This document shows, piece by piece, positions 1 to 11,893 of a stretch of DNA of 64,000 nt. The stretch is from Eledone cirrhosa (lineage: Eukaryota), in contig OZ024753.1 in NCBI GenBank assembly GCA_964016885.1, forward strand, positions 19,220,001 through 19,284,000, read 5' to 3'. The position numbers were made by a program, and so were the translations under genes. The notes under the pieces were generated by a model. The model made no database searches. It was not told where the DNA came from and saw only the letters and a program-made list of their open reading frames with translations. How positions within the stretch are numbered: position 1 is the first letter of the stretch; every line of letters starts with the position of its first letter.

Positions 1-52
1 AAGTATTCTATAAGTCTCTAGCTGTGTCATTCTCGATAAAAGCACTGGATAT

Positions 53-95
53 GTAGTCCTGATGATTTCTAACAAGAATGAAACGCGTAGATTAC
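53..95 (+). ncRNA. Minimal type I hammerhead ribozyme (copy 1)
   Basis: gtagtc-CTGATGA-t-ttct aaca agaa-t-GAA-ACGCGT-A-gattac. Stem I is 6 bp, stem III is palindromic, the triplet is GUA. Stem I is extended by attctcgataaaagca (29-44) / tgcttttatcgagaat (102-117). Confidence 0.88.
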
Positions 96-362
96 TTCCC
101 TTGCTTTTATCGAGAATCTAATTGTAATACGTGACGTATTCTATTCTATAGCGATTAGGTCTTCAAAATGTTTATTATAAACATACAGAATATTTTCGAA
201 TATTCTATGTCTATATTCACATATATATCGCTATTTCAGAGCATTTATTCCAATTTCTAATTTCTGCCGGACCGGCAACCGCTCTTTCAAACCAGTTCCT
301 GTACACAGCTAAGTATTCTATAAGTCTCTAGCTGTGTCATTCTCGATAAAAGCACTGGATAT

Positions 363-405
363 GTAGTCCTGATGATTTCTAACAAGAATGAAACGCGTAG
401 ATTAC
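363..405 (+). ncRNA. Minimal type I hammerhead ribozyme (copy 2)
   Basis: Identical to 53-95, offset 310 bp. Confidence 0.88.
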
Positions 406-558
406 TTCCCTTGCTTTTATCGAGAATCTAATTGTAATACGTGACGTATTCTATTCTATAGCGATTAGGTCTTCAAAATGTTTATTATAAACATACAGAA
501 TATTTTCGAATATTCTATGTCTATATTCACATATATATCGCTATTTCAGAGCATTTAT

Positions 559-611
<53 letters not shown>

Positions 612-615
<4 letters not shown>

Positions 616-917
616 AAAGTTCTATTTAAAATTCTTGGGATACAACAAGTAAATATTTTTATAACTAATATAAAGCACTCGACAAGTATTTGGAGTAGAT
701 GTACGATATCAATAAATGGAAACTATATTTATAAAACAATATATTTATTTCATTATACATATTTCAGGGATACCAAATTAAATATATTGTATATACCAAA
801 TTATATATTGTATTTTGTCTGATGAAGGCATACCATAATTTAATTTGGTATCCCTGAAATATGTATAATGAAATAAATATGGTTTTATAAATATAGTTTC
901 CATTTATTAATATCGTA
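612..917 (+). mobile_element. Non-coding HHR element with 5' inverted arm (arms 702-782 / 839-917), between (TA)n tracts
   Basis: Inverted repeat visible directly. Related sequence at 35313-35564, 36170-36300 and 34945-35040. Confidence 0.7.
811..875 (+). ncRNA. Type I hammerhead ribozyme
   Basis: tattttgt-CTGATGA-agg catacca...tggtat ccct-GAA-ATATGTAT-A-atgaaata; AUA triplet. Confidence 0.72.
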
Positions 918-1236
918 TATATATATATATATATTTCGTTTCTGAATTTGTTTAGCAAGATTCTTTATCTGAAATCGTGTGTTGAAACCGATATTGTTCT
1001 ACTTTGGGAGGGTCATGTTGCCAATAAGAAACACACGCACCAGTTGCTTTCACTTCAATTTATTATAATAAATGTATAATAAATTAATAAATTTATTTAT
1101 AAATTTCAGGTTGGTTGGTTGGTTCCACAACCAGATAGTTGTTTATATATAGTCATAGTTCTTTCGCCACACACTCATTGCTAGTAACTACAGACTGTCC
1201 TACTTCCTCTCCCTGATCATACGCCCCATCATTGAA

Positions 1237-2970
1237 ATGTCCCCAGATGAATGTGACAGCACGGATGACCTCCTCAGCAGAATCGGCGTGAGTAACCGAT
1301 CTAGGGACCTAGCAAACTGCATAATAGGTAGTGTGGATGTTGTGTCCCTGTATCCATCTATTGACGTGGATTTTGCTGTGGAGAAATGCGTAGAAATGAT
1401 CAGTGAGAGCAATGTTGAGTTTCGTGGGATTGATACCAGTGAGCTGGGACTCCTACTTAAACTTACCTATAGTAATAATTACCTAGACACATACGACCTT
1501 AGCAACCTGTGCCCTACAAGACCAGCAAGAGGCAGACCACCTACCATTATCTCAATGGCCAAGAAAACCCACACAGATAGATGAAACGGGTGGACCAGAG
1601 CCATACGGACACCCGAAAACCACGATGAACTGAAGAAAATGATTGCACATGCGGTAGGGGCCAGCATAAAACTAACCCTTAGGAACATATGTTCAAATTT
1701 AATGGAAAAACATATGCCCAAGAAGAAGGAGCAGCCATTGGTGTTAGCATTGCAGGCGACATAGCTAACTTATTCATGGTATGTTGGGACAGTAGACTTA
1801 AACTTAAACTTAAAGAACAATTAGAAGACCCCTTAACCCTGATAATGTACTCCCGCTACGTTGATGATATAAACATCGTAGTTAAGACACCCCCACTAGA
1901 GAACAGTCAGGAACTAGAGAAAAACAAAATGGAAAGCATCCAGCAAATAGCTAACTCCATCCACCAGAGCATTAGAGTTACTATAGACTACCCAAGTAAA
2001 CACCCCAGCCATCCATTACCTGTACTATACACAGAGCTCTGGTTAGATACCATTAATAACAAAAAACAAACCCTCCATTCCCATTATGCCAAACCCATGA
2101 CTTCCAAACTCGGCCGTTTCGGACCATACCAAAATCAACATACTGATTGCGGATTTGGTACGGGTGATGAGAAACGTGTCCCGCATGTGCAACTCCGATG
2201 AACTAGAGAGACACATACAATACTTCATCCACCGTATGCAGTTCTCTGGCTACAATCAGAGAGATAAAATCACAGTGTATAGAGGAGCCAGAACCAAATG
2301 GGAAAAAATGGTAAATAATGACATAAATGAGACCTGCCCCTTGTATAGGAGCAAATTACGGAATAGAATAGAAAGAACTAGGAACAAGGCTAATAGAATA
2401 AACTCATGGTATGATAGCAATAAATACCAGAGTGTAATGTTCATCGATACAACCCCTAGAGGCGAATTCGCTTACAAATTTAGAAGGCCCCTAAATAAAC
2501 ATAAACTCAAAATTAAGATAGTAGAAAGACCAGGTACCTTCGTAAAAACACTTATTAGCAAGACATACCCTTTTCAAAGACCCTCATTTATAGATAAGAA
2601 ATGTATAACCTGTAAAATAAGCCCCCATATTAACTGTAAAACTAGAAATGTAGTGTATAGCATAAGATGTACTGAAGGACAATGTAGAGACGAAAATATA
2701 GTGTACATAGGTGAGACAGTTCGTAGTGTAGGGGAACGGATAAATGAACACTGGCGAGACCTTCAAGATAGTAAAGAATCATCTGTACTCTACCAACATG
2801 CTAAAATAGAACACAAGGGGAAATTAGAGAACATAGAAATAAAAATAGAATCTACACACAGAAAAGACGCAATGTTTAGACAAATTACAGAGGCAATAAA
2901 CATAAAAGAATTACAACCAAAATTAAATAAAAAATATGAGTGGAACAGCAACATCACAACTTACAATTAA
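1237..2970 (+). pseudogene. PLE RT-GIY-YIG ORF broken by one stop and frameshifts (pieces 1237-1584, 1689-2201, 2155-2970)
   Basis: Consecutive ORF-track fragments carry successive RT, thumb and endonuclease motifs. Confidence 0.88.
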
Positions 2971-3162
2971 GGACAAAATGAAAACACACACACACATACA
3001 ACAAACAACCAACCAGTAACATGTAAATAAACAAATAAATAAATGAACATAAACACACCCGGATGTGGCGCATGCGCACACTGAGTACACAACACACACA
3101 CAGAAACAAAATGGCGTAAGACAGAACAAAGGAGAGGCACAGAAACAATGAAAGGAATCCCC

Positions 3163-3207
3163 AGTCGCTGAAGAGGTCACAGAGTGTGTGACGAAAGAAC
3201 TATGACT
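3163..3207 (+). ncRNA. Minimal hammerhead ribozyme in the PLE 3' pLTR
   Basis: agtcg-CTGAAGA-g-gtcaca gagtg tgtgac-GAA-AG aa CT-A-tgact. Confidence 0.8.
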
Positions 3208-3347
3208 ATATATAAACAACTATCTGGTTGTGGAACCAACCAACCAACCAGAAATTTATAAATTTATTATAAATTTATTATAATAAATTGAAGTGAAAGC
3301 AACTCGTGCGAGTGTTTCTTATTGGCAACATGACCCTCCCAAAGTAT

Positions 3348-3389
<42 letters not shown>

Positions 3390-4214
3390 TATATATAAAA
3401 CAAAATGCAATAAAATATTTCGGTGGTAGGTGTTGCACTTGCAAACATATTTCTCTTTTCCCTTATATATTGTGATGGTTACGGTGATATTCTCATATGG
3501 ATAACTCTCCAACCATTAAGAACGTGTGATCATTTTACACTTAGAAGGTGTGAGAATTAAAGAGATACAGAAAGAGTAATCGTGTCAGGCATATGTTTAT
3601 TAAACGTCGTACATACCTGAGAGATGCATAACAATAATTTAAAAGTTAATTAAATCCTTCATAACATCTGAGAGGGTACAACATATTTTAGATAGCTGTA
3701 TCTTGCTCGGTGTGTAATAATATTTTTTTTCCTGCACAAAGTAGTGAATATTTTCAGGAAAGTAATGATCTAGTGTAATGGGAAATTTTTTTTTTTTTTT
3801 CTGAAATTTAAGTTAAAAAAATACCATTAGCTTTCGGAAAGAAGCTGTTTTATTCAGGTTTGCCATAAACAGCATAGTGGTTATTTCTATGTCGAAGATA
3901 TATGGTAATAAACAAATAATAAAAACCTATGAATTGATATCTAATTACACAGATCTAAGGCTATGTAGTTAAAAAATATTTACAACGTAAACGCAGTAAC
4001 AGTCATGTTTTGTGATCAGCATTAAAAAATGCCGAATTAGCAGAGTCCTTAGAGAGAATACTTTGCATTACTTGTGCCGGTTCTCTGCTCTCTTAGTTCA
4101 AATTCCACCTACGTCAATTTGCCTTTCATCCAATAAAAAAATACTAATCAAAATACTGCGGTTGAGTCTTCCTTTATATCTCTTTCTCACTTTACTTTCA
4201 ACCCCTGAATCCAT

Positions 4215-4489
4215 CTCCTCTCGAAGTCCGAATACAGAATATTTATCTCAGAGAAGGAGGATAAAGAGTGAGATAATTGTTTCTACTTTTGGCACAAGGC
4301 CAGCAATTACCACAGTGTATTACTGGTACTTTATTGTATCGCCTCGTAAGCATGAAAGGTGAGGTCGATAACATAAAGTACCAGTAATACACTGGCGTAA
4401 TTGCTGGCCTTGTGCCAAAAGTAGAAACAATTATCTTACTCTTTATCCTTCTCTGAAAGAAATATTCTGTATTCAGACTTCGAGAGGAG
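4215..4489. repeat. Inverted repeat (arms ~4215-4334 / 4371-4489) containing the 3' half of an OK-like SINE plus downstream sequence
   Basis: The arms are reverse complements with few mismatches; SINE tail ggccttgtgccaaaagtagaaacaatt. Confidence 0.8.
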
Positions 4490-5077
4490 ACGACTTCAGT
4501 AGGTTGAGGATGCGCTAGAAACGCCGTCAATATGGCGCCTGGACAACTCCATCATATGGGACCATACAAACTTGCATTAAAATAGGAGAAAAGGAAATAG
4601 AAACAGTTCCAATCATTTCATCTAGTTTGCCAGGGAATTAGTAAATATAATTCCATATAAAATAAACGAAGGGGATGTCAGGGGATTAGTAAATATTTTC
4701 AAGTGAAACTTCATTTACTTTATCTACATAAAGCAAATGATGGTGAGATAGATGTACAATATCGAGATTAACAATATTTGGTGACATAATCATTACCAGT
4801 TCGTGAATATATCGATTTATGATGATCAATCACCATTCTCAATCGATCGTAAAACAATAAATTGAGAAAGCCCCAATCATCACATATATATATATCAAGA
4901 ATGCTGACTTATTACACTCGTGTCTTTTCTTTCCCCCTTTTTTCCTCATGTTTCCACCGTTCCTTCCTCTCATCATTCTTTACTTTCTATTCATCTTTTA
5001 TTTCTAAATATGTCTTCTGATGAAAGACTAGTCTCCGAAAGGTTAGTCTCTCTCTTCCTGATATTTCAAGCGTAAGA

Positions 5078-5545
5078 TATACGTACATACATATATGTGT
5101 ACAGACGTACAGTAGTATAAATACATGCACACACATATATATATATGTACGTATGGGTTTACCGAACATTTATTATAATGTTCGGTTTGTTTGTAAACAA
5201 ACAGCCCGAACTACGCCGTGCAGTGCTTGGCAACCATTGTTGCCATTTTCTTCAACACTGAAACAGAAACGATGTACTAGTTTCAAGCTTATTAGCTATC
5301 GTCAGCATCGTATAACATTCTGTCAGATGATTGAACGTTTGAAAGTATATACTTTCCTTATGCATATTAACGGCTGAGCAGCCTAATTTGTATATCGCGT
5401 GAGTTAGTTGGCCGGGCGTACCGAAAAAGATAAAAGAAACAGAATGAAACGAAATTTCATTTTTCACTCTTAGTACGGCTGATACCTAAATATAAGTATG
5501 TATACGTACATACATATATGTGTACAGACGTGCAGTAGTATGTTT
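5078..5545 (-). mobile_element. Non-coding ~425-bp HHR repeat unit with terminal redundancy (family also at 35587-36081 + and 49753-50342 -)
   Basis: tatacgtacatacatatatgtgtacagacg occurs at 5078 and 5501; the three dispersed copies align by eye. Confidence 0.82.
5269..5311 (-). ncRNA. Minimal type I hammerhead ribozyme
   Basis: Minus strand: acgatg-CTGACGA-t-agct aata agct-t-GAA-ACTAGT-A-catcgt. Perfect 6-bp stem I, palindromic stem III, GUA. Confidence 0.9.
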
Positions 5546-5558
5546 ATGTACACATACA

Positions 5559-5621
<63 letters not shown>

Positions 5622-6105
5622 GTATATACATAAGATCAGCTAAAAGCATTAAAAATTAAAAACACGCTGGTGTAGAGAAACATGCTGCTATAGAAAGTTT
5701 AAATATAGTACAAGACATATATCATAATGAGTAAATAAACATATATCGTAAACATTACAAACATTTATAGAGTTAATAAGAGCAGGTGTCAAGTTCAAAT
5801 ATAAATTTAAAAACATAAAAATACATCTCCAAAAGATATTTTAATAATAATGGATATAAAAAGTTTGACTGCATAATTCAGTCAAAATGCACCACCGACC
5901 TTGGCTATCTTTCCTTATATAAATGTTGATACTTATGATTACTTCCCATATTATGTATCCTCCTAATGTCCTTATGACAAACTTGTGATAATATATTTGT
6001 GTTTTAATCTTTATTATATACTCTGATGGAGACGGCCTTGTGATATGATGAAACGATCGTAAGTGATTAAATGATTTAAACACTCTCTGATTGTTATTTA
6101 TAATG

Positions 6106-6174
<69 letters not shown>

Positions 6175-6183
<9 letters not shown>

Positions 6184-6925
6184 CAAGTTTTAGCAAAAAA
6201 GAAAAAGTTTTAAAATAAATTTTAAAAAATTAACTTTATTTACTATGGTTACCTTTACCGAATCGGTTTCGAGTCTCAAAAATAAACGGACAGTCCATAC
6301 AGCATCCGTTGCAAAGAAAAAGTCTCATCAGAAGGATCTTTTCACTCGGAGTATATAAAATTCCCGAGTTCAAATTACGAACTGGCACTATTCAAAAGTA
6401 TCTTTACACACGGCACTTGAAAGAATTGCTTCCACTTCATTTACTCTCATCTCGGGAACAATTTTGAATAGCGCCAGTTCGTAATTTGAACTCGGGAATT
6501 TTATATTCTCCGAGTGAAAAGATCCTTCTGACGAGAGCTTTTCTTTGCAACGTATGCCGTATGGACTGTCCGTTTATTTTTGAGACTCGAAACCGATTCG
6601 GTAAAGGTAATCATAGTAAGTAAAGTTAATTTTAAAAAATTTATTTTGAAACTTTTTCTTATTTGCTAAACCTTGATTATATATGTTCTGGCTCGTTAAT
6701 TTATTAACCTGCCATTGAACCACATTGGCATATGGTTGGACAATACATGTGTCCCTAAGCGCCTTGTGCGTGTAGGAACATATACTCTATTATTACTATT
6801 CACGTCTTGGCTGGGAAACAATTTGGTTGTTCTGACTGCTGCTAGTTATAACGGGAGCCGACTGACCTCCCTGCCTCTGCCTCTTTACTCACGGCACTTG
6901 AAAGAATTGCTTCCAATTCATTTAC
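6175..6925 (+). mobile_element. Non-coding HHR element: ~220-bp inverted 5' arm (6175-6397 vs 6462-6684) plus ~480-bp unit with terminal redundancy (6401-6443 repeated at 6883-6924)
   Basis: Inverted and direct repeats read directly; bounded by (TA)n and (TA)/(TG)n. A partial homolog lies at ~59672-59740. Confidence 0.82.
6524..6607 (+). ncRNA. Type I hammerhead with long stem II insertion (mirror copy at 6252-6335, minus strand)
   Basis: cctt-CTGACGA-gag...(about 50 nt)...ctc-GAA-ACCG att CGGT-A-aagg. Confidence 0.75.
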
Positions 6926-6934
6926 ATATATATA

Positions 6935-6987
<53 letters not shown>

Positions 6988-7401
6988 TGACGACCACAGA
7001 TGGAAATAAGCAATGTGAACGAGGTGGAATTGGACGGTGTACATATAATATACAATATAAATGACAAGAAACTTAAAAATTGATGTTAATTATAAGAGAA
7101 CCCATTTAAAAAGTAGTTTAATGAGTTCAGTTTATAATTATTCTAGATACAACTATTGATGAAGCCATGGGAAATATAAAGTATTCTTTAAAAACAGAAA
7201 TAATTGGCCGTTTTGTTATAAATTCTATATTATTTAAGAGGCTTATTATATTCCTATTAACTTAGTTGAATTAATCTTTGGCGTGTGTAGCACACTCATC
7301 TACATATTTGCATTCTACACATACACACACACACACATACATACATACATACATACATACATACATACATACATACATACATACATACATACATACATAA
7401 A

Positions 7402-8692
7402 TACTTATGCTGTGACACAATACTTATGCTGTACCAATTCTAACGCCAATTCTAACGCCAACATTTGGCCTGCTGAACTGGTCATTGCAAGAACTAAGTG
7501 AGATGGATGTTAGAACTCGCAAACTTCTCAGTGTTGCTGGGAATGTTAACATCAGTGGTGACGTAGATAGGCTATACTTCTCACGCAAGGAAGGCGGCCG
7601 GGGTCTAAAATCCATATTAACAACATATGAGACGCGGATAGTAACACTGAAGCAACACCTTCAACAGAGGAAAAAGGTTGGCAACCATCTTGCCCAGGTT
7701 TATGAGCATGAACAAAAAAATATCATTAGAATAGCGACTGATCTGGAGGAGAGATATGGAATAAAGCCTGATATAAATCTCTCACCCAGAGAAATCGGAA
7801 GATCCTATTCAATGTTCAAACAAGATGAAACAATTGACAATTTACAAGAAAAGTTGTGCATGGATACTTGAGACGTAAAACACAGACCATAGAGGGGATA
7901 AACCACTCAAAAAGCCTGGCATTGAGTTCCGACAAGTTTATAACATCACGCCTTGAGGGATATCTCTATGCAATACAGGAACAAGAACACCCTACCAAAT
8001 ATCTGCTTCAAAAAGGGGAGAGCCAGCAGCTGACAATAAATGTAGGCTATGTAAAACAAAGATCGAGGGTGTAAGCCACATTGTTGCCGGCTGCGAAAGA
8101 ATGTCATCTCGCTACTACCTCCTCATGAGACACGATGGGATAGCTAGAACCATCTGGAACGCACTTCGGAAAACAAAATTAACAACAAACGAGGAAGAAT
8201 ATATTGAGACAGATGGCACTAAGTAATACTGGTGGAACCTGAAAATAAAAACTGCCACCAAATTAAAGCACAACCGGCCTGATATTGTTGTTTGGGACCA
8301 CACATTGAAAACGTGTTCTTGTGTGGAGATCAGCTGCCCACTTGATGTAAACGTTGTCAGAAAAATACAGGAGAAGGAGGACATCTACGGACCATTGATG
8401 AGGAGTTTACTAATACTTTATCCAAGATACACCTATCTTCATACCCATCATTATTGGTGCTACGGGTTATATACCAACCCGCTTGGACCAAAGTATGACT
8501 GAACTTGGATTTGCGGACAAAAAGCGCAGCTCCCTAATTCATAGGCTACAAATGGCTGCGATAGCTGGCACCTTCAAAATTTGCAAAACATTCTTGCGAT
8601 TCAAGGGATGACAATTTCTTTTCTTTTACAACCTTAACACCAGGAAGGTGGCCGGTCAAAAAAAAATACTCGAAATTAAGAGAAAGAGATAA
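7402..8692 (+). mobile_element. 5'-truncated, frameshifted R4/Dong-type RLE non-LTR retrotransposon (same family as 16327-18600)
   Basis: Near-identical to 17335-18600; DVDRLYFSRKEGGRGL motif, CCHC and PD..E nuclease remnants; preceded by (ACAT)n. Confidence 0.9.
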
Positions 8693-8699
8693 CATATAT

Positions 8700-10022
8700 A
8701 CTTAATTGGATGATAGACGAAATCGGAGCAGTTGATGTTGGAACTCGACAAATACTAAACAACACCGGAAACTTCCACATCAACAGTGACATAGACCGCC
8801 TTTACGTGAAACGTAAGCTGGGAGGCAGAGGCCTAACATCAGTCCAAACAGCATTTGAATGTCGCATCATATCCCTCCGACAACATCTACGAACCTCGAA
8901 GCGTAGGAATCCGTTTCTCGAGCAAGTCTATCTGCATGAAACAGGTAAGATCATGAGAGTTGGGAATCAATAGCCCACACCCAGGGAAGTCGCTCAGCAG
9001 TATCGCAGTGAATCCATGGATGAAAAACTGCATATTTATCAGCAAAAAATCATGAATGGATATGTTGCCAGGAAGCTCTAGATCGAGAGTAATATAGATA
9101 AGGAAAGTAGTCTATCTTGGAGCAACAACCGATATATTAGCTCCCACTTTGAAGGATACGCTTTTGAAATCCCAAAACAGGAGATTAACACGAAATACCG
9201 GATTCACAAAATAGATAGGGATGCAGGCAGAACACCTAGATGTGATAACAAGAGCAGACTCTGCAGAACTAACATCAAGGATATCACCCATGTCATCAGC
9301 AGCTGTCCAAAGATGTCCACGCGGTACTATCTACCTATGAGATATGATGTAGTGGCCAAAACTGTACGATGCAATTCGTAAAAAAAGATAGCCCCGATAA
9401 TAAACACATTAAAAGCTACAGCAATGTGGAAGACATCCACGTACATAATATGAAAGAGTACTGGTGGAATGCTCCAGTAAAAACCCTAATAACATGCAGG
9501 CATAACAGACCAGATATTATGATATGGCGCAGGGAGAATAAAGCATGCACAGTAGTGGAGGTTAGCTGCCCAGCAGATGCCAATAAAATATCAAAGGTTA
9601 GTGAAAACGAGAATATTTATGCAGAACTGATGAGAAATCTGCAGATCCTCCACCCTGATTACACCTTCAGATTTATGCCTGTGATTATTGGGGCACTAGG
9701 ATATATTAGTAACTGCCTAATACAAATCTTGAGAATCTAGGCTTCACAGGAACTGAAAGAACACAACTAGTTAGGAAATTCCAAGTACAATCCAGTACAG
9801 TAAAAATACGTGAAATATTCCAAAAATTGTGCATCTAATAACTGCATATACACATGTACAGATACAAAGCATATACACATGCACACATACAACTCAACAC
9901 ATACACATCCACACATACAATAACAACCATATCTACAAATGCCATATCATAGTCTTTCTCAATGTTAGAAACCGACTCTTTCTTTACTGGGAAAGCATTT
10001 GTGAAATTATAAAACCAGAAAA
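8700..10022 (+). mobile_element. 5'-truncated R4/Dong-type RLE LINE, second family, degenerate
   Basis: SDIDRLYVKRKLGGRGL and HNRPDIMIW...VEVSCP motifs; 3' end followed by (ACAT)n. Confidence 0.85.
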
Positions 10023-10107
10023 ACATACATACATACATACATACATATGATGGCTGCCCCCTCGTTATCGAGTATGGCCATTGCACGAGGAGAAAGAAAC
10101 AAAAATA

Positions 10108-10152
<45 letters not shown>

Positions 10153-11610
10153 TTTCAGCAGTGATATATGTATGCAGTTTGGTATTGGTAAATGTGGAGT
10201 CATTGTGATGAGGAGGGGTAGGTTGAGCAGAAGTAACGGGATCCAGATACCAACAGGTGAGATGATAAAGGAAATTGACTCTGAGGAAGGATACAAGTAT
10301 TTGGGCGTTCTGGAGGCTGATGGCATAAAGAACAAAAAAATGAAAAAAAAAATGAAGGAATTGTTAAGAACTGAATACATTCGGAGAGTAAGGAGCGTAT
10401 TGAAGTCACATCTGAACAGCAGAAATGCCATAAGCGCAGTAAATTCCCGAGCTGTGTCTATTATTAGGTACAGTGCGGGAATTCTGAGATGGAATGTTGC
10501 TGAACAAAAAGAAATGGATAGGAAGACTAGGAAGCTATTGACTATCTACAACATGTTCCACAAGAGGAGTGATGTCGATAGACTCTACCTAAGGAGATCT
10601 GAGGGTGGAAGAGGTCTTATCAGCATAGAGGACTGTGTTCAGATGGAGAAAAACAACCTATACAAATACGTGACCTATAGTAAGGAGCCAATGCTCAGAG
10701 CTGTACTGAAGGAGGGGACAGTAGGCCAGGGGATATCCAAGGAGGAAATAACATCAAGGAGGAAGAGCAGCCTTAAGGGAAAATCCCTTCATAGTACCTT
10801 CTTTGAGAAAACTGAATTTAGAGATCCACAGACATGGAACTGGTTGAGAAGAGGAGACCTCAAAAAGGCTACAGAAGGAATGCTAATGGCTGCGCAGGAG
10901 CAGGCCCTCAAAACGAAGTGGTTGAAGCACCATATCTACAAGGAGGAGGCTAGCCCACTGTGCAGGATCTGTGGAGAGAGAGAGGAGACTGTGGCTCACA
11001 TTGTGTCCGAGTGTAAACACCTAGCCCAGACCCACTATAAGGGCTGGAGACACGATGTGATGGGCAGGGTGATCCACTGGCACCTGTGCAAAGTAAACAA
11101 TCTACCACATTCTGAGAAATGGTATGAGCATAGGCCAGAGGCGGTGATGGAGAACAGTCAGGTGAAGGTGCTGTGGGATTTTAGGATACAGACGGACAAA
11201 AAACTGGAACACAATAGACCTGACCTGGTGGTTGTGGACAAAGAAAAAAGATCGTGCCTGATTGTGGATGTGGCCTGCCCGTTCGACACGAGAGTGCAAG
11301 AGAAGGAGAGGGAGAAAATTAACCGATACCAGGACCTAAAGTGGGAGGTGAAAAGGATTTGGAACTGCCATGAAGTCAAAGTGATCCCGATTGTCATAGG
11401 CGCACTGGGGACTATCTCCAAAGGTTTCCAGGGATGGTTAAAGAAAATCGGCCCCTTCACGCTTTTTGGAACGCTTCAAAAGGCATGCTTGCTTGGAACG
11501 GCAAGAACCCTCCGATACGTCCTGAATATCTGAGGCTGCAGGTAGTGGCTTGATATTCAATCCAACGGACTTTCCAGTTAACCAACATCAATGACTGAGA
11601 TTCAAGGAAT
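10153..11610 (+). mobile_element. 5'-truncated Dong/R4-type RLE LINE inserted in an (AAT)n microsatellite
   Basis: (AAT)n at 10107-10152 and 11608-11650 flank the element. Confidence 0.92.
10172..11533 (+). CDS. RT C-terminal part, CCHC finger and restriction-like endonuclease (453 aa open, 5'-truncated)
   Basis: YKYLG, DVDRLYLRRSEGGRGL, CRICGEREETVAHIVSEC, RHD, NRPDLVV...DVACP...K..Y motifs. Confidence 0.88.
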   Translation: MQFGIGKCGVIVMRRGRLSRSNGIQIPTGEMIKEIDSEEGYKYLGVLEADGIKNKKMKKKMKELLRTEYIRRVRSVLKSHLNSRNAISAVNSRAVSIIRYSAGILRWNVAEQKEMDRKTRKLLTIYNMFHKRSDVDRLYLRRSEGGRGLISIEDCVQMEKNNLYKYVTYSKEPMLRAVLKEGTVGQGISKEEITSRRKSSLKGKSLHSTFFEKTEFRDPQTWNWLRRGDLKKATEGMLMAAQEQALKTKWLKHHIYKEEASPLCRICGEREETVAHIVSECKHLAQTHYKGWRHDVMGRVIHWHLCKVNNLPHSEKWYEHRPEAVMENSQVKVLWDFRIQTDKKLEHNRPDLVVVDKEKRSCLIVDVACPFDTRVQEKEREKINRYQDLKWEVKRIWNCHEVKVIPIVIGALGTISKGFQGWLKKIGPFTLFGTLQKACLLGTARTLRYVLNI

Positions 11611-11613
11611 AAC

Positions 11614-11658
<45 letters not shown>

Positions 11659-11893
11659 AAAAGAAAATAAAAATTTAAAAAAAAAAATATATATATATAT
11701 ATACATATACATACACACATATACACACACACACACTCACACACACATATACACACACACATACATTAATAACAATAATAATAATAATAATCATAACAAC
11801 AATAATAATAACGCCAACAATAATAATATACATATATATATACACACACGCACACACATAAGCATATCTACACACACACACACGCGATAGCAA

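Larger units (their letters stand above)
1..565 (+). repeat. 310-bp head-to-tail tandem repeat carrying one hammerhead per unit (retrozyme-like or PLE pLTR-like), running off the left edge
   Basis: Sequence 1-254 recurs apparently identically from 311; the second unit ends in (TA)n at about 565. Confidence 0.9.
932..3355 (+). mobile_element. Penelope-like retroelement (RT + GIY-YIG), 5'-truncated, with inverted pseudo-LTR at the 5' end; possibly Naiad-like (tentative)
   Basis: RT motifs GSVDVVSLYPSI, Q..GAAIG and YSRYVDD; GIY-YIG VVYSIRC...YIGETVRSVGERINEH. 991-1176 is the reverse complement of 3182-3355. Flanked by (TA)n. Confidence 0.92.

Noticed and set aside
1582-1584. In-frame TGA in the PLE ORF as possible selenocysteine (reported for some Naiad PLEs)
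   Set aside because: Context DR*NGW fits a mutated Trp codon, the copy also has frameshifts, and I could not identify a SECIS.
6019-6065. Degenerate HHR-like motifs here and at ~47433-47487, 52502-52547 and 59329-59420
   Set aside because: Core substitutions or unpaired stems; counted only as probable relics, not listed as functional features.
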